This document shows, one piece after another, positions 49,840 to 62,150 of a DNA stretch of 64,000 nucleotides (positions are counted from its first letter, which is position 1; each line of letters starts with the position of its first letter). The DNA comes from Raillietiella orientalis (taxonomy: Eukaryota), in contig JAYWIR010000004.1 of assembly GCA_036172245.1 (NCBI GenBank), positions 6,448,001 through 6,512,000 on the forward strand, given 5' to 3'. The notes beneath the pieces were generated by a model. It saw only the letters and a list, made by a program, of their open reading frames with translations. It did no database searches and was not told the DNA's origin. Position numbers and translations under genes: made by a program.

Positions 49840-51049
49840 ATCTCACTGGTTCCCGGAAGGCAGCGTGATACCTATTATTGTGATATTTCCCTCGTAGCAA
49901 GAGGAGGAGGCAGGGAAAAAGGAACAAAAAAAAAGGAAGTGGTTTTTTTTATCCCTTCTTTTTCTCTCGCAACCCCGCAGCTGTATCCTTGGAGACGGAG
50001 TTTCCTGTTCTTCTCGGGAAGAGAACGTGGCGCGCTGGAGTGGTCGGTTTCCATGGCAGAAACGAAGCACGCTTTGGTGCACCTCCCACCCTTCTGCGGT
50101 GCGTGCACTCCGAAGCCCTGGATGCCTTCTTCCTGCGATGACGGTTTCTTCCGAGTTCCCTCTACGAAGCCCTCTGAGCTACTTGAGTCACTTCGTCTCC
50201 CCACCAGTTGGAATTCTCAACCAGCGTCTCCATCTGGAAAAATTCCTCGAAAGGCTCCTGAGGAATGTCTGTTCTGGACAAGTACCAGATGAGCATCTTC
50301 TCTTTTCTTGCGTTCGTGGCCTCTCAGTTATGTTCGAGCAGAAGCTGACGACGAGAGTGGCTTGTGGGGAGGGCCCTTGAAGTCCTATAAAAGTCCAAAA
50401 CACTGAGAAAATCGACGTTTTGTTTTCTCTCCCTCCTTTTTTTCCTTTTGTTCCTTTGATTCTGTTTTGCGAGAGGGCTGGCTGCTTTCACGGGAGACCG
50501 GTGGCCATCACGGAAGCGGCGTCCGTTCTTTTCGTGCAGAGGCGCCTGCTCCCTCTCTCCTGGGCCCAGCAGTCAGAGGAATGACTCTCCTTCCTAACGT
50601 CGCTGAGAGAGAACGTGCACCACTTTGCTTTTTTTTCCCTGTTTTTCCAAATTGAGCGCGCAGCTTTCAGAACACCAGCGGCCGAAAGGCGAATGCCTGC
50701 TAGGAGCGGACGCTCACCGGACAGGACGTGCGCACTGCCTTCCTGCTGCTTCCGAGCGAGCTTGCTGGTCATCGGGCACCTTGAAGACCCTGAGATTCGA
50801 ACCCCAGGAGCAGGGTCATGGAGTCCGGAATGAGCTCCTGCTCCATGGATTCGGAATGTTCTTTATCCTTCCAGGTCAAGTCTGTTCGTTCTTTCGGGCG
50901 TGCCGAGGCGTTCAGAGAAGGAAGGGACTCGAAGTTTGGGGAGAAGCAAGAAAAGGACAAGTCCAAACTTCCGAGAACACAAGAAAACAAGAAAAAGAAG
51001 AAAAAAAGAAGAGAAGCGCTAAGGGGAGAGGGAAGAAGGGACAAGCGCT

Positions 51050-51700
51050 TCTCTTCGACCACTTGTGCCGATGAGGAGGATGGAGTCAGACAAGAAGATC
51101 GCGTCCAAAAGCAGCTGCGGAGCTTCCGAGAACCGAGAAAGCCTTTTGAAAAAGAAGGAACGAGAGCTCCTGCTTCTTCCTTGCTTCTTCACAACTTGCT
51201 TCAGGTGCATCTCCAGGCGATTCGGGAGGACGCCTGCTCTGCCGAAACAAGGAGGGAATGAGATTGGATGGCTGTGCAGGAAAGCACATCTGCTTGCCTC
51301 CCCCAGGGCTTCCTGAATTATCTGCTTCCTTCCCCTTCCAGATAATCCAGGGATTCGCTTTCAGGAAGTCGGGTAGCAAGCTCTCCTTGATTCCCGAAGA
51401 CACGATAGAAGCAGTCAGCTCGAGAAATGCTTCAGCAGTCCGTAACCTCCCCTTTCAGGAACCCTTCCCGTTAGCGAATTCTGGTCCTGACCTCTTGGCA
51501 CTATCTTCTTCCCATCCAACTTACCCATTGTCGCAGGCAAGATGACAAGCAGCTTCTCGAGCAGGGCTCAGGAATCCGGTGCTCAGGATAGAAGAAAGTG
51601 CAGCACTTCCCTCCCGTGAACGACAATGTCTTCCTTGTCTGGAACCCTCACCTGCATCTCAGGGTACGCGCGTGCGAGCTAGCTGGAGCCCCTCCCGCTG
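51050..51700 (+). pseudogene. BTB-BACK remnant
   Basis: PFEKEGTRAPASSLLLH resembles PFEKQKAPILGLLLY at ~32070; FQIIQGFAFRKSGSKLSLIPEDTI; PDLLALSSS. Confidence 0.5.
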
Positions 51701-52129
51701 AGTCCTCCCGTCACTCAGCTTGCAAGGCGGGAGGAGGGAAAGGAGAGGGCGGCAACCCGAGGCACGAGGGCATCTCCAGAGGTGAGAGGCAATCTGGCAA
51801 GAGGAAAGCAGACCGGGCAGATCAAGGGGATGCGTAACGCTTCCGACCCACCACCACGGGCCAGGTCAGACCGCGCCAGCAGAGCATCCAGCTTTTAGGC
51901 GAGCGCTTGACATCCCTGCGGGCGGGTGCGAGCGGCTGCACCATACTGCCGTGAATTGCTTCGTCATGGTAACGTCGACGGAGCCGCCCCGCTCGCAGAC
52001 CTTCCTCGTCGCCCTTCGCCGGCTGTCCCCGACGCCCGAGGACATCAGGCTTGATGCAGGCAGGCGGGCGGCGCTCTATCCTGGGATACTGCCGTCTTGA
52101 GGAATCCCCACGTCCGGCTTCCAAGTGAT

Positions 52130-52680
52130 GACTCATGCTAAGTCCCTCGGCGACGTGAAAAACCCCACGACGTCAGGTGGGGTCTTTCCCCTCCGCACTT
52201 TTTGGGAGCCGCCGCGCCCGCCTTCCTCGCTGCGATCAACGGGCTCGAGAGTCGACCATCTTGGGAATTTCCGCCCGTGGGCATCGTCGAGGGAGACTCC
52301 GCCGCTAAAGAGCGAACCCCGGGGATCGCGGAGGGCATCGGCTGGAGCGTTCATTTTTCAGTAACCCCCGGTTCCCGGAACTCTCCCTGGAGAAGTTTCC
52401 GCAAGAGCGGAGCGGACAGCGCCGTCCCTCTGCAGTCCGGAAGCGCTCCTCCTTTCCACTTTCCAGCGGGATGTTCCATGAGAGTCCCCGCTCGTGACCT
52501 TTGACCTTGCTTCTTGCCTTCTCCGGAAGTCGCATGCGATTTCCGGAAGCGAGTTTTCGGAAACTCGCATTTTCGGGAATATCCCTGCAGTTTTCTCTGC
52601 TCTCTCCCGTCTCGTCCGATTTCTAGCGCCAACTGGCTGTCTCCCAGGGAGACTTCGTTCAGTTGTTTCCGGAGACACGC
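52130..52680 (+). pseudogene. Leader + BTB remnant
   Basis: RTFWE leader; VHFSV; DLASCLLRKSHAISGSEFSET...ALSRLVRFL. Confidence 0.5.
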
Positions 52681-54699
52681 AAGAAGCAAGAAAAAAAAAG
52701 AGAGAAACAGTGTCGTCGTCTGGGAGGCGCCGTTCGTCACCAGCCAAGCCCTCCTTGCTCCCGCGTCAAGGGGACGAAAACCTTTCCGTACGGAGCATAG
52801 CTACGCTGGAAAGGAGGGGAAGCGGGCCGAGGGACTTCAGTGGAACGAGAAGAGTGGAGGCAGGCAGCAGAGGATTCTGATGGCACTTCCTGTTCCTTGA
52901 CGGCCGCGCCGGGATTGGGTTGAATTCTCGACCGCCGCATGCGGCGTGTCCCAGAGCTGCCGGCAAGAGGGAGGGGCGCTGGGCAGGACCACTTTGCGGA
53001 GCGAAGCCGGGCGCCAACAAAGGAGAAGGCTCTCTCTGCCGCCACACGGCAGCCTCGCTCGTGATTTCGCTCTCCTTTAATGCCCCTCCTCCTCCTCCTC
53101 TTCTCCTCCCCCCCTCCCTTTGCATTCAGACCTGAGGCCGGCACTCCTTCTCTCCCTCGCTCTTCCACCCAGGGAGCGCGGGTTGCGAGCGACTAGAGCG
53201 CTGCTCCTGAGCTCGCCTCCCGACGTCTCCGTGGTCATTAACTCTGGCAGATCATCTCTTATCAGCATCTGGCTCCTCGCCATCGCTTCTCAGCAGCGCC
53301 ACTCAAACGCCAAAAAAAAAAGGAAAGGAAAGGGAAAAAACCCAGCGGACGAAACAGCAGCGTTACGCCGGTGATTGGAGCGACCCACGGTTGCTTCTCC
53401 TACGCAGCAGATCATTCTGGAACCCGCGGCGGACAAATCGTTGGTCGGCTCCTCCCAGCGCACGTGGAGGCTTTTTAATTTCCGTGCTCCGATCCGCGTG
53501 CGCAGAGCGAACAGTTCCAGCGCCTCCAGATCTCTCTCTGCTTTCCTTCTTCCTCTCGCAGCTCTCGTTCTGAACCCTCCGGCCACCTCCGTCCCGGGTG
53601 GCAGGGACGAGTCGCGTCGGGAGGCGGAGGCGAGAATCGTCTAGGTAGGAGCGGGAAGAGTGGCGCGCGTGCCCGCGACGCGGCGGCAAGCTCCCGTCCC
53701 CTTCGCGAATTCCATTTAGAAGCGGCGCCGGGCGGCAGCGCCGGAGCGGCGACACCAACTGCCCGGCTGTCCGCAGCGAGCTCCCTTTCCAAGTCGGGGG
53801 GAGGGGGGAGAAGGAAAGCGGCAGTGGAGGCAGCAGACGCGTCCTCTTCTTCTCTCGACAAACATTCGGGGAAGTGCGTGCGCGCTCGCCCTCGGGTCCG
53901 CGTCTCGGTGGACGACGTGCGCGCCACCGCGCTTTCCTCACGTGCCAGCCGCCGCCGTGCAGCATGTGGAGGAGAATCTTTTGCCTGCTTCTTCGACCCG
54001 GACGAAGGCGGTACTCGGAAACGTCGTCGCCGCCGTTTCGCGCTCCCGCCATTCCCGCTGAGAACCCCTGGCCGACTTCCCCAATTTGCCAGAAACGAGT
54101 TCTCGATCAGTCTACCCCCTCTTCCCCTCCCCACTTCTCCCCTCCTCCCCGCCGAAAATGAATGGCCTCTCAGTCTCTCCGTACCTGCAGATTCCCAGCG
54201 AAAGAGCAGCAGCACGTTCGGACGGAAGAGCGCAGTGTTTGTTCTCCCCAAGCGGAGAAAGTCAGAGTAGTCACTGGGTCACAAAAGGCTTCTTCCGTTT
54301 TCACGGGTCCGGATGAAATGGCCGAATTGGAAGGAATAGAAAAGAAGGAGAGAGAGAAACCACCAGGGCGTGGAGAAAGACGTCGGTCTCTGAGTTGCCC
54401 CGCTGCCGCTCGTGGTCACGCGCACCCGCGGGCATTGTTGCCCTTCCCAGGAGGTGGCTGCATTCCCCCGGGATCCCAGGTAGTCTCTCCGGACAGTCGT
54501 AGTCGAGCCCAGGGCTCCGTGCACACCTGAAGGCCTCGGAGGCGCGTGCAGTTCCTGCCACGAAGGGAGAGGGAGGTGATAGTGCTCTCCGGATGGTGCG
54601 TGGTGGCACTGAAAAGGGAGACTGTGCCAAAACAAGAGCGCACGTCTCCCGACCCCCTCTGATCAGGATCGGGAGGAAGAGGAACGCCTTCACGGAATT

Positions 54700-55100
54700 A
54701 CCAACAGCGAGGGACGACGAGGGTTCGGAGGCGGGGTAAAGGCCTGAGATGCTGCTTCCCGCCTTGTTTCGCCAAGTCCAGGACGAACTGGCGTCTGCGT
54801 TGCGAAGGAGCTCCCGGTTGCCGAGAGGCGGGTGCGATCCGCCAGTGACAGCAGCTCCGGACAGAAGCACGGGAGAGGACTGGGGGGGGGGGACATCATG
54901 CGGAGTCGTCCGCAAAGACCAAACACCGCCTTCCTTGTACCGGCCGACGATAATGCACCATTGTTCAGGAAAGGTAAACACGCTCGCTTGATGGTGCACC
55001 AGCACCGGAGTCGCTGGATCGGAGGATCGCTCGTGCTCCCAAAAGCTCTCCGCGAGGCGGCGCCTCAAAGTAGGGAAGGGGACTCTCCTCCGCACGGGGT
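54700..55100 (-). pseudogene. Weak leader/BTB remnant
   Basis: LAESFWEH leader-like motif, then AVTGGSHPPLGNRELL. Confidence 0.25.
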
Positions 55101-56149
55101 AGAGGAACTAGAGTCACCGGAGGAGAACGAGAAGGGGGTGCCCCTCACTCTCGTCTCTGTCTCGTTTCTCGAGGCGTTCTGAGAGGTAGGAGGCCTGCAG
55201 AGAGATCACTGATGGCTGCGACGAGCGTGTTCCTCCTGAAATCCCACCTCGCCTCCCTGGCCGATCCCCAAGGGGAGGAAGAGGAAGAGGAGAGAGAGAA
55301 AGAAAGAGAGGAAGCAGAAGGGAGGAGGAGGAAGGTTCCGAAAGCGTCAGCACTCTGTCCGATCCGCTTTTCGCAGGGTGCGGTTCCGCAGGAAGATTCC
55401 TTGCTCGAGATCACGCTTGCCGGTGGGAACGCTTCGCTCGCTTCATCGACGGTTTCTCCTTTCCACGAAGGGAAATTATAGGAGTGTAATGAAATCACGA
55501 TTCATCAGCGGCCGCTGCATTTTTCCTTATTTCTTTTTTCTAGTGATGGAGAAAACAGGTGAAGCTTCGAAGGAGATATCTCTGCCACTTTCTTCTCCTT
55601 ACCCATCTTTTGCGGTCTTTCAGAGGAATCCAAGACACGGCGTGCATGGCGAACGGTCACAGCTCTCTCCTAAAGGAACGATGGGGCGACGAGGCGCGCA
55701 GCACATGCTAGGGAGTGTGTTCGAGGAACCCCGGCGAAGGAGCAGCTCTGGTAGGGCTTCGCACTCCCCGGGTTGCAGCTCGCGGCGGCACCAACCTGCC
55801 GCCGAAAGATCATCCAAGCCCCCGCACCAAAGGATGCCTGTCTGCCGCTGCCCGTCTCCTGCTCGCGTGCGGGAGGAGCGCATAAGAACCTCCGTGGCCT
55901 TGGTGATCTGCTCGAGTTTTCCGTGCACCGTTCCTCCTTCCAGGATTCATTTTCCTTCCTACATTTGCCTGCACAATGTTTCTTCTGCATGCATCAGATG
56001 GCTCCCTCAGCTCATGACCAGAGGTGCATGGTTCGCAGGCTGAATGGCAACGCGTGCTTACGTGATTAAACTTCGAATCACTACTTTGAAAATCCCGATG
56101 ACCGTTGGATAGTGCGAAAACCGGCGGTTTTCCTAGTTGTGTCCTGGGC

Positions 56150-57000
56150 TTTTTTATGGTTTATGTACTGCTAATGAAATTTGCCTTTCGGAACATAAAT
56201 GGTCGCAGAGGAAAACATGTTTGGTGTCCACAGCGATTCGATGCACCGAAACAAACAGCATGCTCCGTTCTGTTTGTTTTCCACTGTTTGTCTCCGGACC
56301 ATTTGTCTGAGCTGCGTTTGCAAAAGTCTTTGTTTCTATTTGCTTATAAAAACAAAAACAAAAAAAGAGACAGAGAAGAAAGTCCTGAAGGATGATCGAA
56401 GTTTCGGAAGACAGAACAGTCGCGTGCATTGGAGGAGAATGCCTCGCCCCTCCCTCCCATGTTCCCCTATTGCGGACGGGCTTGTCTAACCTTGGTATGC
56501 TCCAAGGCGTCCGAAAACTAGACTTCGGAGTCTGGCGCACGTGTTCGGCGGGACCGAGCATCTTCCTAAACACTCCTGCACTTCCAATGGATGTCTCGCT
56601 CTCTTCGAGGGCGCAGCTGAAGCGACGAAAAACGAAGGGATGGAATCGAGTGGAAGAGGTTCGTCCCAGACGTCTAATCAAGGCGGTTCGGACTGGTGAT
56701 CTGAGGGCCGTTGCCCGTCCGCCCCCATCTCTCCCGTGAAGCAATCCGGAGGGAGCGGCGGCATAGTGCCCTGGCTCCTTGAGCGGCTTCCGAGAGCAGA
56801 ACTACATCTCGTCGCCAAATACACCCCCGGATGTTCGATTGGCTTTCCGTGACAATGCGCCACCTGGTGTATCCAAATCATACATTCGAGTGAATGACCA
56901 TCTTGAAGAGTACGCGTGAAATTTCCTCTGTGCCTGAGGTCTTGCGGACACTTGTTCAACAGGGAGGAAAGACCTCACAGGGAGAAAGACGGCACATTCA
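56150..57000 (+). pseudogene. Leader + BTB-BACK remnant
   Basis: NGRRGKHVWCP leader; DRTVACIGGECLAP ~180 nt later; TWCIQII; REISSVPEVLRTLV. Confidence 0.45.
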
Positions 57001-58899
57001 AATTGCATCTTTTTTTTGTTGTTGTTGCCTTCCCCCCCTCCCCCCCAGAGAGTGAGGTCCATGGAAGCGACCGAGGGAATCGTGGAGGGGGCATGTTCCA
57101 CATCGTACGCGCACCCATGAAAAGTTCTCTCTTCGTACGGCATTCCGAAACAGCGCAAATCTTCGCAGTCAGGGGCTGTACAAATTCATACTACAGTAAC
57201 AAAGGAGCTCGGTGAACGGGACGCATGTGCCTAATCCCAACTTTTGGCAACCACTGGAGCATTCAGTCAAGCACTACACCTGTCATTCATTTTGCTGTTT
57301 CCATTCGATGTACCGAGTTCATCTGTTCATTTTTCAAATAATTTCGTTTTTTTTTTTTTTTTTAGAAAAAGAAAGAAACCAATCCTGTGTTTTCATTTTC
57401 ATCTCGTCCTTGAGCAGTCACTATTGTGCTTCAGCAGCGACAAAACTTGGTTCTTCTTGGTTTTAACCATCTTCACGGACGAAGCTCGATAATTGCCACT
57501 TTTTTTTTTGGGGGGGGGGGACGACATCACATTGAAATTCACATCCCTGTAGCGATCATTGAAACCGAAGAGGCTGCTCAGTTATTCTTGGTTTGAAAGC
57601 TCCAGATTTGAGCTCCACGGAACGAGTGTCTTTGTTCCCATCCTCCAACTTCTTACGCTGGAACGAGAGCAGCCATTCTTCAGCAGCCTGATTGATGAGT
57701 TTTTGAAGCGCTCCTCAACACATTCGCACAATACCAAGGCAACCGGGCAGCATTTTTCGTGCTCTGCATTTCATTTCCGGCGTGTGAATCACGATGTGGA
57801 CAATGGCAAATAGGTACGTACACGTGTACACATGCAAACGGGGATTCATCAATTGAGGACTGAAAAAAAAAGAAAGGAAGGAAGGAAGCTGCTGCGGTTG
57901 ATGTGTTGACCGTTGCTACCAGCAAACCCATCTCAAGTCCGACATCGGGCCTTGTTTACAGGAGTGCGAGACTGGCGCTTTTTTTTAATTCCACCACCAC
58001 CAGTACCACCACCCCTCCTGTTTTTGTTTTTGTTTTTCGATTCTTCGAGGGGGCTCGCAAGAGTCCAGGGATGGAAAAGAGCGAATTCAGGCTTTCGGAA
58101 CCATGAAAAATTCAGCCGATGCCTTCGATTGCGCGCACGCAGCGTTTTTGCAAGAGAACGATTAAGGCTCAGCGAAACCGCGTGATTCGATTCTCCTGAA
58201 CGAACAAAAAATAAACTGTCGTAGCATTTTTTTTTTCTTTCCGATTTTTTTTTTTGCTCTTTCTCTCCCTTCATTTCAACACTTGCATTTTTTGAAGGTC
58301 ATCTTATATTCGAAGTCATCCTAAATGCACATAAATAAGGTAATATTAAACTAATTATTAGCCGGTGTTTCAAGGTTGCATAATGGGAGGCAGTTCTTAG
58401 TGGAAACCATTTGATTTGTATACTCTCTCTTACGCTCAAATGTTTCAAAGTTTTTTATTTATTTATTTTTCTGGAGTCGACCGTTACTTTTTTTTTTTTT
58501 ATTCTTCTTCTTCTCGATCGACATACGCGCTCTCTGATCAGACGGCACTTCACCATAATCCACCTCTTGGGGCCATCCTTTCAGACATTCCGAAGAGCAA
58601 ATCCCCAAGGCATTTTCCGATGCAGGAAGAACGGGCGAAGTTTGATGAACTTCGTTCTTCACTCGGAGTAGGTGAACCAATTAATGAGAAAATGCCAGTA
58701 GCAACCCGAAACGTGGGCTGTGGGGATCATACTGAATCCCCTTTGGGTCCCCGAAAATAAAGCAGAAGGCTGTGTGCTCCTATTTGGTGCAGCAGCATCC
58801 TCTCAGATGAGCTGCAACATCCCTCGGACATGATTATGAGAAATTTAATCAGCTGCAGTTGGTACGAACGGTTCGCTCAAAGCAGGGCTGCATCTGGTT

Positions 58900-60490
58900 G
58901 ATAGTTTCTTGCACGAAGGATTTATTGTACCAGAGAAACAAACAGCCAAGGGTTCGAGGGATCATTCCAGAGTTTTCTTTGAATCTTGTCCCAGAATTAA
59001 CTGCGGCTTGCTGTGCGCTTTCCGCATCTGGCATCTTCCGACTTAGCACTCGCCCTTTGCATACGAATCAAATATCAGCTTCTGCAAATCCTCCCTAAAG
59101 AGAATCACCCCGAGTGGTAGAGCGGATGGAGACGGATCACCAAGGAGTATCCTGGGCCATCTTGTTTAGAGAAGAGGAGAATATGAAGAAGGGAATCAGA
59201 TGATGGCTCTCAATTTCCTGAATTTATGGATGCTAGACACCGCTGTTAAACGGATAAAGAAACCCGGAGCTTCTGGAACAGTCGCATCAAAGCTCTTATT
59301 TGCCAGACACTGGCATCATGAAGAACCATGACCCAGTTTGCGAATCCGGCAAACAAGGAAGCACCAGTTTCGCTGAATTCCATCCAGGAGGAACATTTCA
59401 TTTCCCTAACATCCCCTCTCCACTAACCTGAGCATCGCAGTCTCCTTGATTTTAAAAAAGAAATCTCCAGATTTCGACCTTCTCTCTGCGAACCAAACGT
59501 TGCTGGAAGATATTATTTCTATTGCTGTGAAGAGACGAACTTTGTACCATCGAATAGCACCACTGGCTAAGGGTCTCTCGGTCCCAAAGATACATGCAAA
59601 AGGTTCCATTTTTGTGAGTGCCCATCGCGACGACGAGGTGATCATCTGCTGCGCCAATGATGGGCTTCAATTTATGGGGAAGAACGGATGACTCGGAGCA
59701 AGGAGGGTAAGAAAGAGAGCATTCATTAAGCAGCTCTCGGGAGCAGAAAGTGACGTGTGCATTGAAAGTTCATGGGTCCACTGAGAATTGAATTCCTGTC
59801 TTCATTGTGTGTCCTGCCGATTCAGGTCAAGCAAAGCTCCTGTGCCAAAGCTCTAAGCGTGTTCGCTCTTGAAGGCACACGTTTCCAGGTCCCGACTCGT
59901 CGCACTGGGAAGATGCATACTGCAAAAGGACAAAGCAAAAAGGCCACAAGAAGTGATTTTCTTTGAATGCTGGATTTTGTTGCTTGTCTGGAGATTCTGC
60001 GTTTTGACCGTCAAGACTGGATTCTCACGAATGATTCCAAAGAGATCATAACTCGAACTGCAAGAGACGTTTCTCTTAAGGTCCAGGATTCCTGGCTGCT
60101 ACATTAGCTCCTGTTGCTTACAGTCCCGTGAATTGCCTTCCGTTCTGAAGAGGCGCCTGCAAGCTTCCTCTATGAGAACTGCGTTGATGGGGCAGCTCGC
60201 CGTCGGCTTCCAGAAGGGAAAAGATCCGTTCTTCATAGAGGAACGCTGAAATCTGGAGGTGCGATGTGTACGTTTCAAGTCGAGAGTAGGCGAGATGTAA
60301 GAAGAAGCGGGTGCCTCGACAGTTATCTGACAGCTGCCAGCTGACCTCTAAAAGTGAAATTGCGTTTATTCAGAAGCGTTCAAGAAGACGCGCGGAAAGG
60401 GAACAAAAAGAGGGGAACAAACTGGGGGGCAGCACGCTTTTCCATTTCACCCTCGGGAATCCAGGTCAGCACGATTGTCATCAAGTTATT
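58900..60490 (-). pseudogene. Degenerate BTB-BACK-Kelch
   Basis: VCSPLF..F..ASE; LHLAYSRL...EERIFSLLEADGEL / INAVLIEEACRRLF...RDC; Kelch-like GAADDHLVVAMGTHKNGTFCMYLWDRETLSQW. Confidence 0.7.
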
Positions 60491-60599
60491 AGGAACCTGG
60501 GATTTCGAAAATGACGGCTCTTGGAAAAAGAGCTGATAATTCCGAAAACGCTGGAAGAGCTGCTGCAGATTCCTCCAGAGGAGGTAAAGCAGCTCTCAA

Positions 60600-61080
60600 C
60601 GTGCTGGAACAGTGCAACCCTCCCCTTAACATGACAGGAGTCGGCGATCCTGCTGGTACGTTCCCGAGTCTCCCGTGCAACGGCCGCCGACACCATTGGA
60701 CCCGGAGGAGCGCAAGCCCGAACTGCAGCAGTTGAGGAGAAAGAGAATTCCTCCTACACAGGCTCATGGATTGCGTTGCTCTCCTTCCCCTTTTCCACGT
60801 TCCTGTGGATCCCCGAGTGCAACCTCAGAAATGTTTCGAAGCACCTCTTCTCGCGCGGCACCCTTAAGCCGACTACATCCCTAGCGGCATTTTGCTGCCT
60901 ACGTGGCGGAACCGTGGCTGCATGGATCAACTCCAGAGGAGGTCAGGACGATAGAGACGCCATCTATTTTGCGGTCCTCTTTTCGAGAGCAGCGTCAAGA
61001 TGACTTTATTTGGGAATCTTGAAACAAGAACTTGTTGGCATCCTTACAAGGATGCAGACGACGCCCTCCAGCAACTAGCA
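60600..61080 (+). mobile_element. L1/Tx1-like ORF2 C-terminal fragment (copy G)
   Basis: LPCNGRRHHWTRRSASPNCSS*G..., KPTTSLAAFCCLRGGTVAAW...RDAIYFAVLF. Confidence 0.8.
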
Positions 61081-61278
61081 ATCCCTTCCCGAATCCCCCC
61101 CCCCCATCTTTTTTTGTATATATTTTCTGTTTATTTTTCTTTTTGTTTATCCCCCTCCCCTCTGCTTCGAGACGAACCTCTCCGGCCTGCGCGCCGGTTC
61201 TCGGCAGGTTCCATGTGTAACGTGGCAGGACTAAGCGTCCTACCACTGACTTGTATGCTTATTTTATATAAATAAACC
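61078..61278 (+). repeat. Conserved ORF2/ORF3 spacer (copy G)
   Basis: ATCCCTTCCCG, U-rich tract, stem CTGC..CGAGA/TCTCGGCAG, GCAGGTTC, hairpin GTGGCAGGAC/GTCCTACCAC (61222-61246), AATAA|ACC. Confidence 0.8.
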
Positions 61279-62150
61279 CCCGGTGCAACCGGGTGTCCAT
61301 CCATGTCACCCCACACTGGTTGGATCTTAATAAACCTCCATGTGCGCTTCGCGGTGAGGATTCAAATGCCCGGGGATCTCGGAATCACAGAGAGCTCATG
61401 CGCGTGCTTAAGGCACACCGGTGTACGGCGCGCACCGAGAGGGCCGTCGTGTGACGAGCACTCCGAAATGAAAGGCAGGAGCGAAGGATTCGTAGAAAAG
61501 TTTTTGTGAAGGAAGAATAGATGTGATATGGAGATGATTGACGCACCTCCGATGAACTGATCGAGCTGCTTTCAACAGCTACAGAGCCCGAGTCCTGGTT
61601 GGCAGGCGATCATTCCTTGCGGCTGCTGGGTCGCAGCGCCGGTTCCGAGACGCGCTCAGCACGCGGCTCGGCCGCTGCGGAGCCGCCCGTCCAGGCATCT
61701 GGCTTCCAGGGTGTCCCCAAGAGGGCGGACGGCCGAACCGAAAGTTCTCGAATTCGTGAGAGTCAGTGCCGCGTGGCTTCCCACTGCCCGACGTCGGAGG
61801 ACGGGCCCGATAGTAGGCAGCAGGCAGGGGGGAGGGGAGCGCAACCTTACGCGCTGACGCGCCAGCAATGATCGCCACCAGCGCCAGATCCCGTTCCCCC
61901 TGCCTTGGAAATCCTCTTGAAGTTCTTGTAGCCTTGCGGGAAGATTTCCGAGACTGCACCTCCATTGGGAAACCGGGGGTCGAGGCGGGAGCTTCAGAGT
62001 CCGCCCGCCTTCAGCTAGGAAATCCAGGCATCCAGGAAAGAATCCCGAAACTCAAAGAAATCTCCGAAAGGAAGGGATCGTCGTCGTCCATCCACAGGGG
62101 TAGAGATGATTCCGGAGCTCAAAGAACACGTGGTCTCGAGTGATGCAAGG
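61276..62150 (+). pseudogene. ORF3 remnant: leader + BTB-BACK downstream of copy G
   Basis: Frame from 61276 reads to ...FVEKFL*RKNRCDMEM; VLVGRRSFLAAAGSQRRFRDALS...IWLPG; CLGNPLEVLVAL. Confidence 0.6.

Noticed and set aside
57542..58077. CATCCCTG / CAGGGATG as hAT TIRs
   Set aside because: They face outward and have no TSD.
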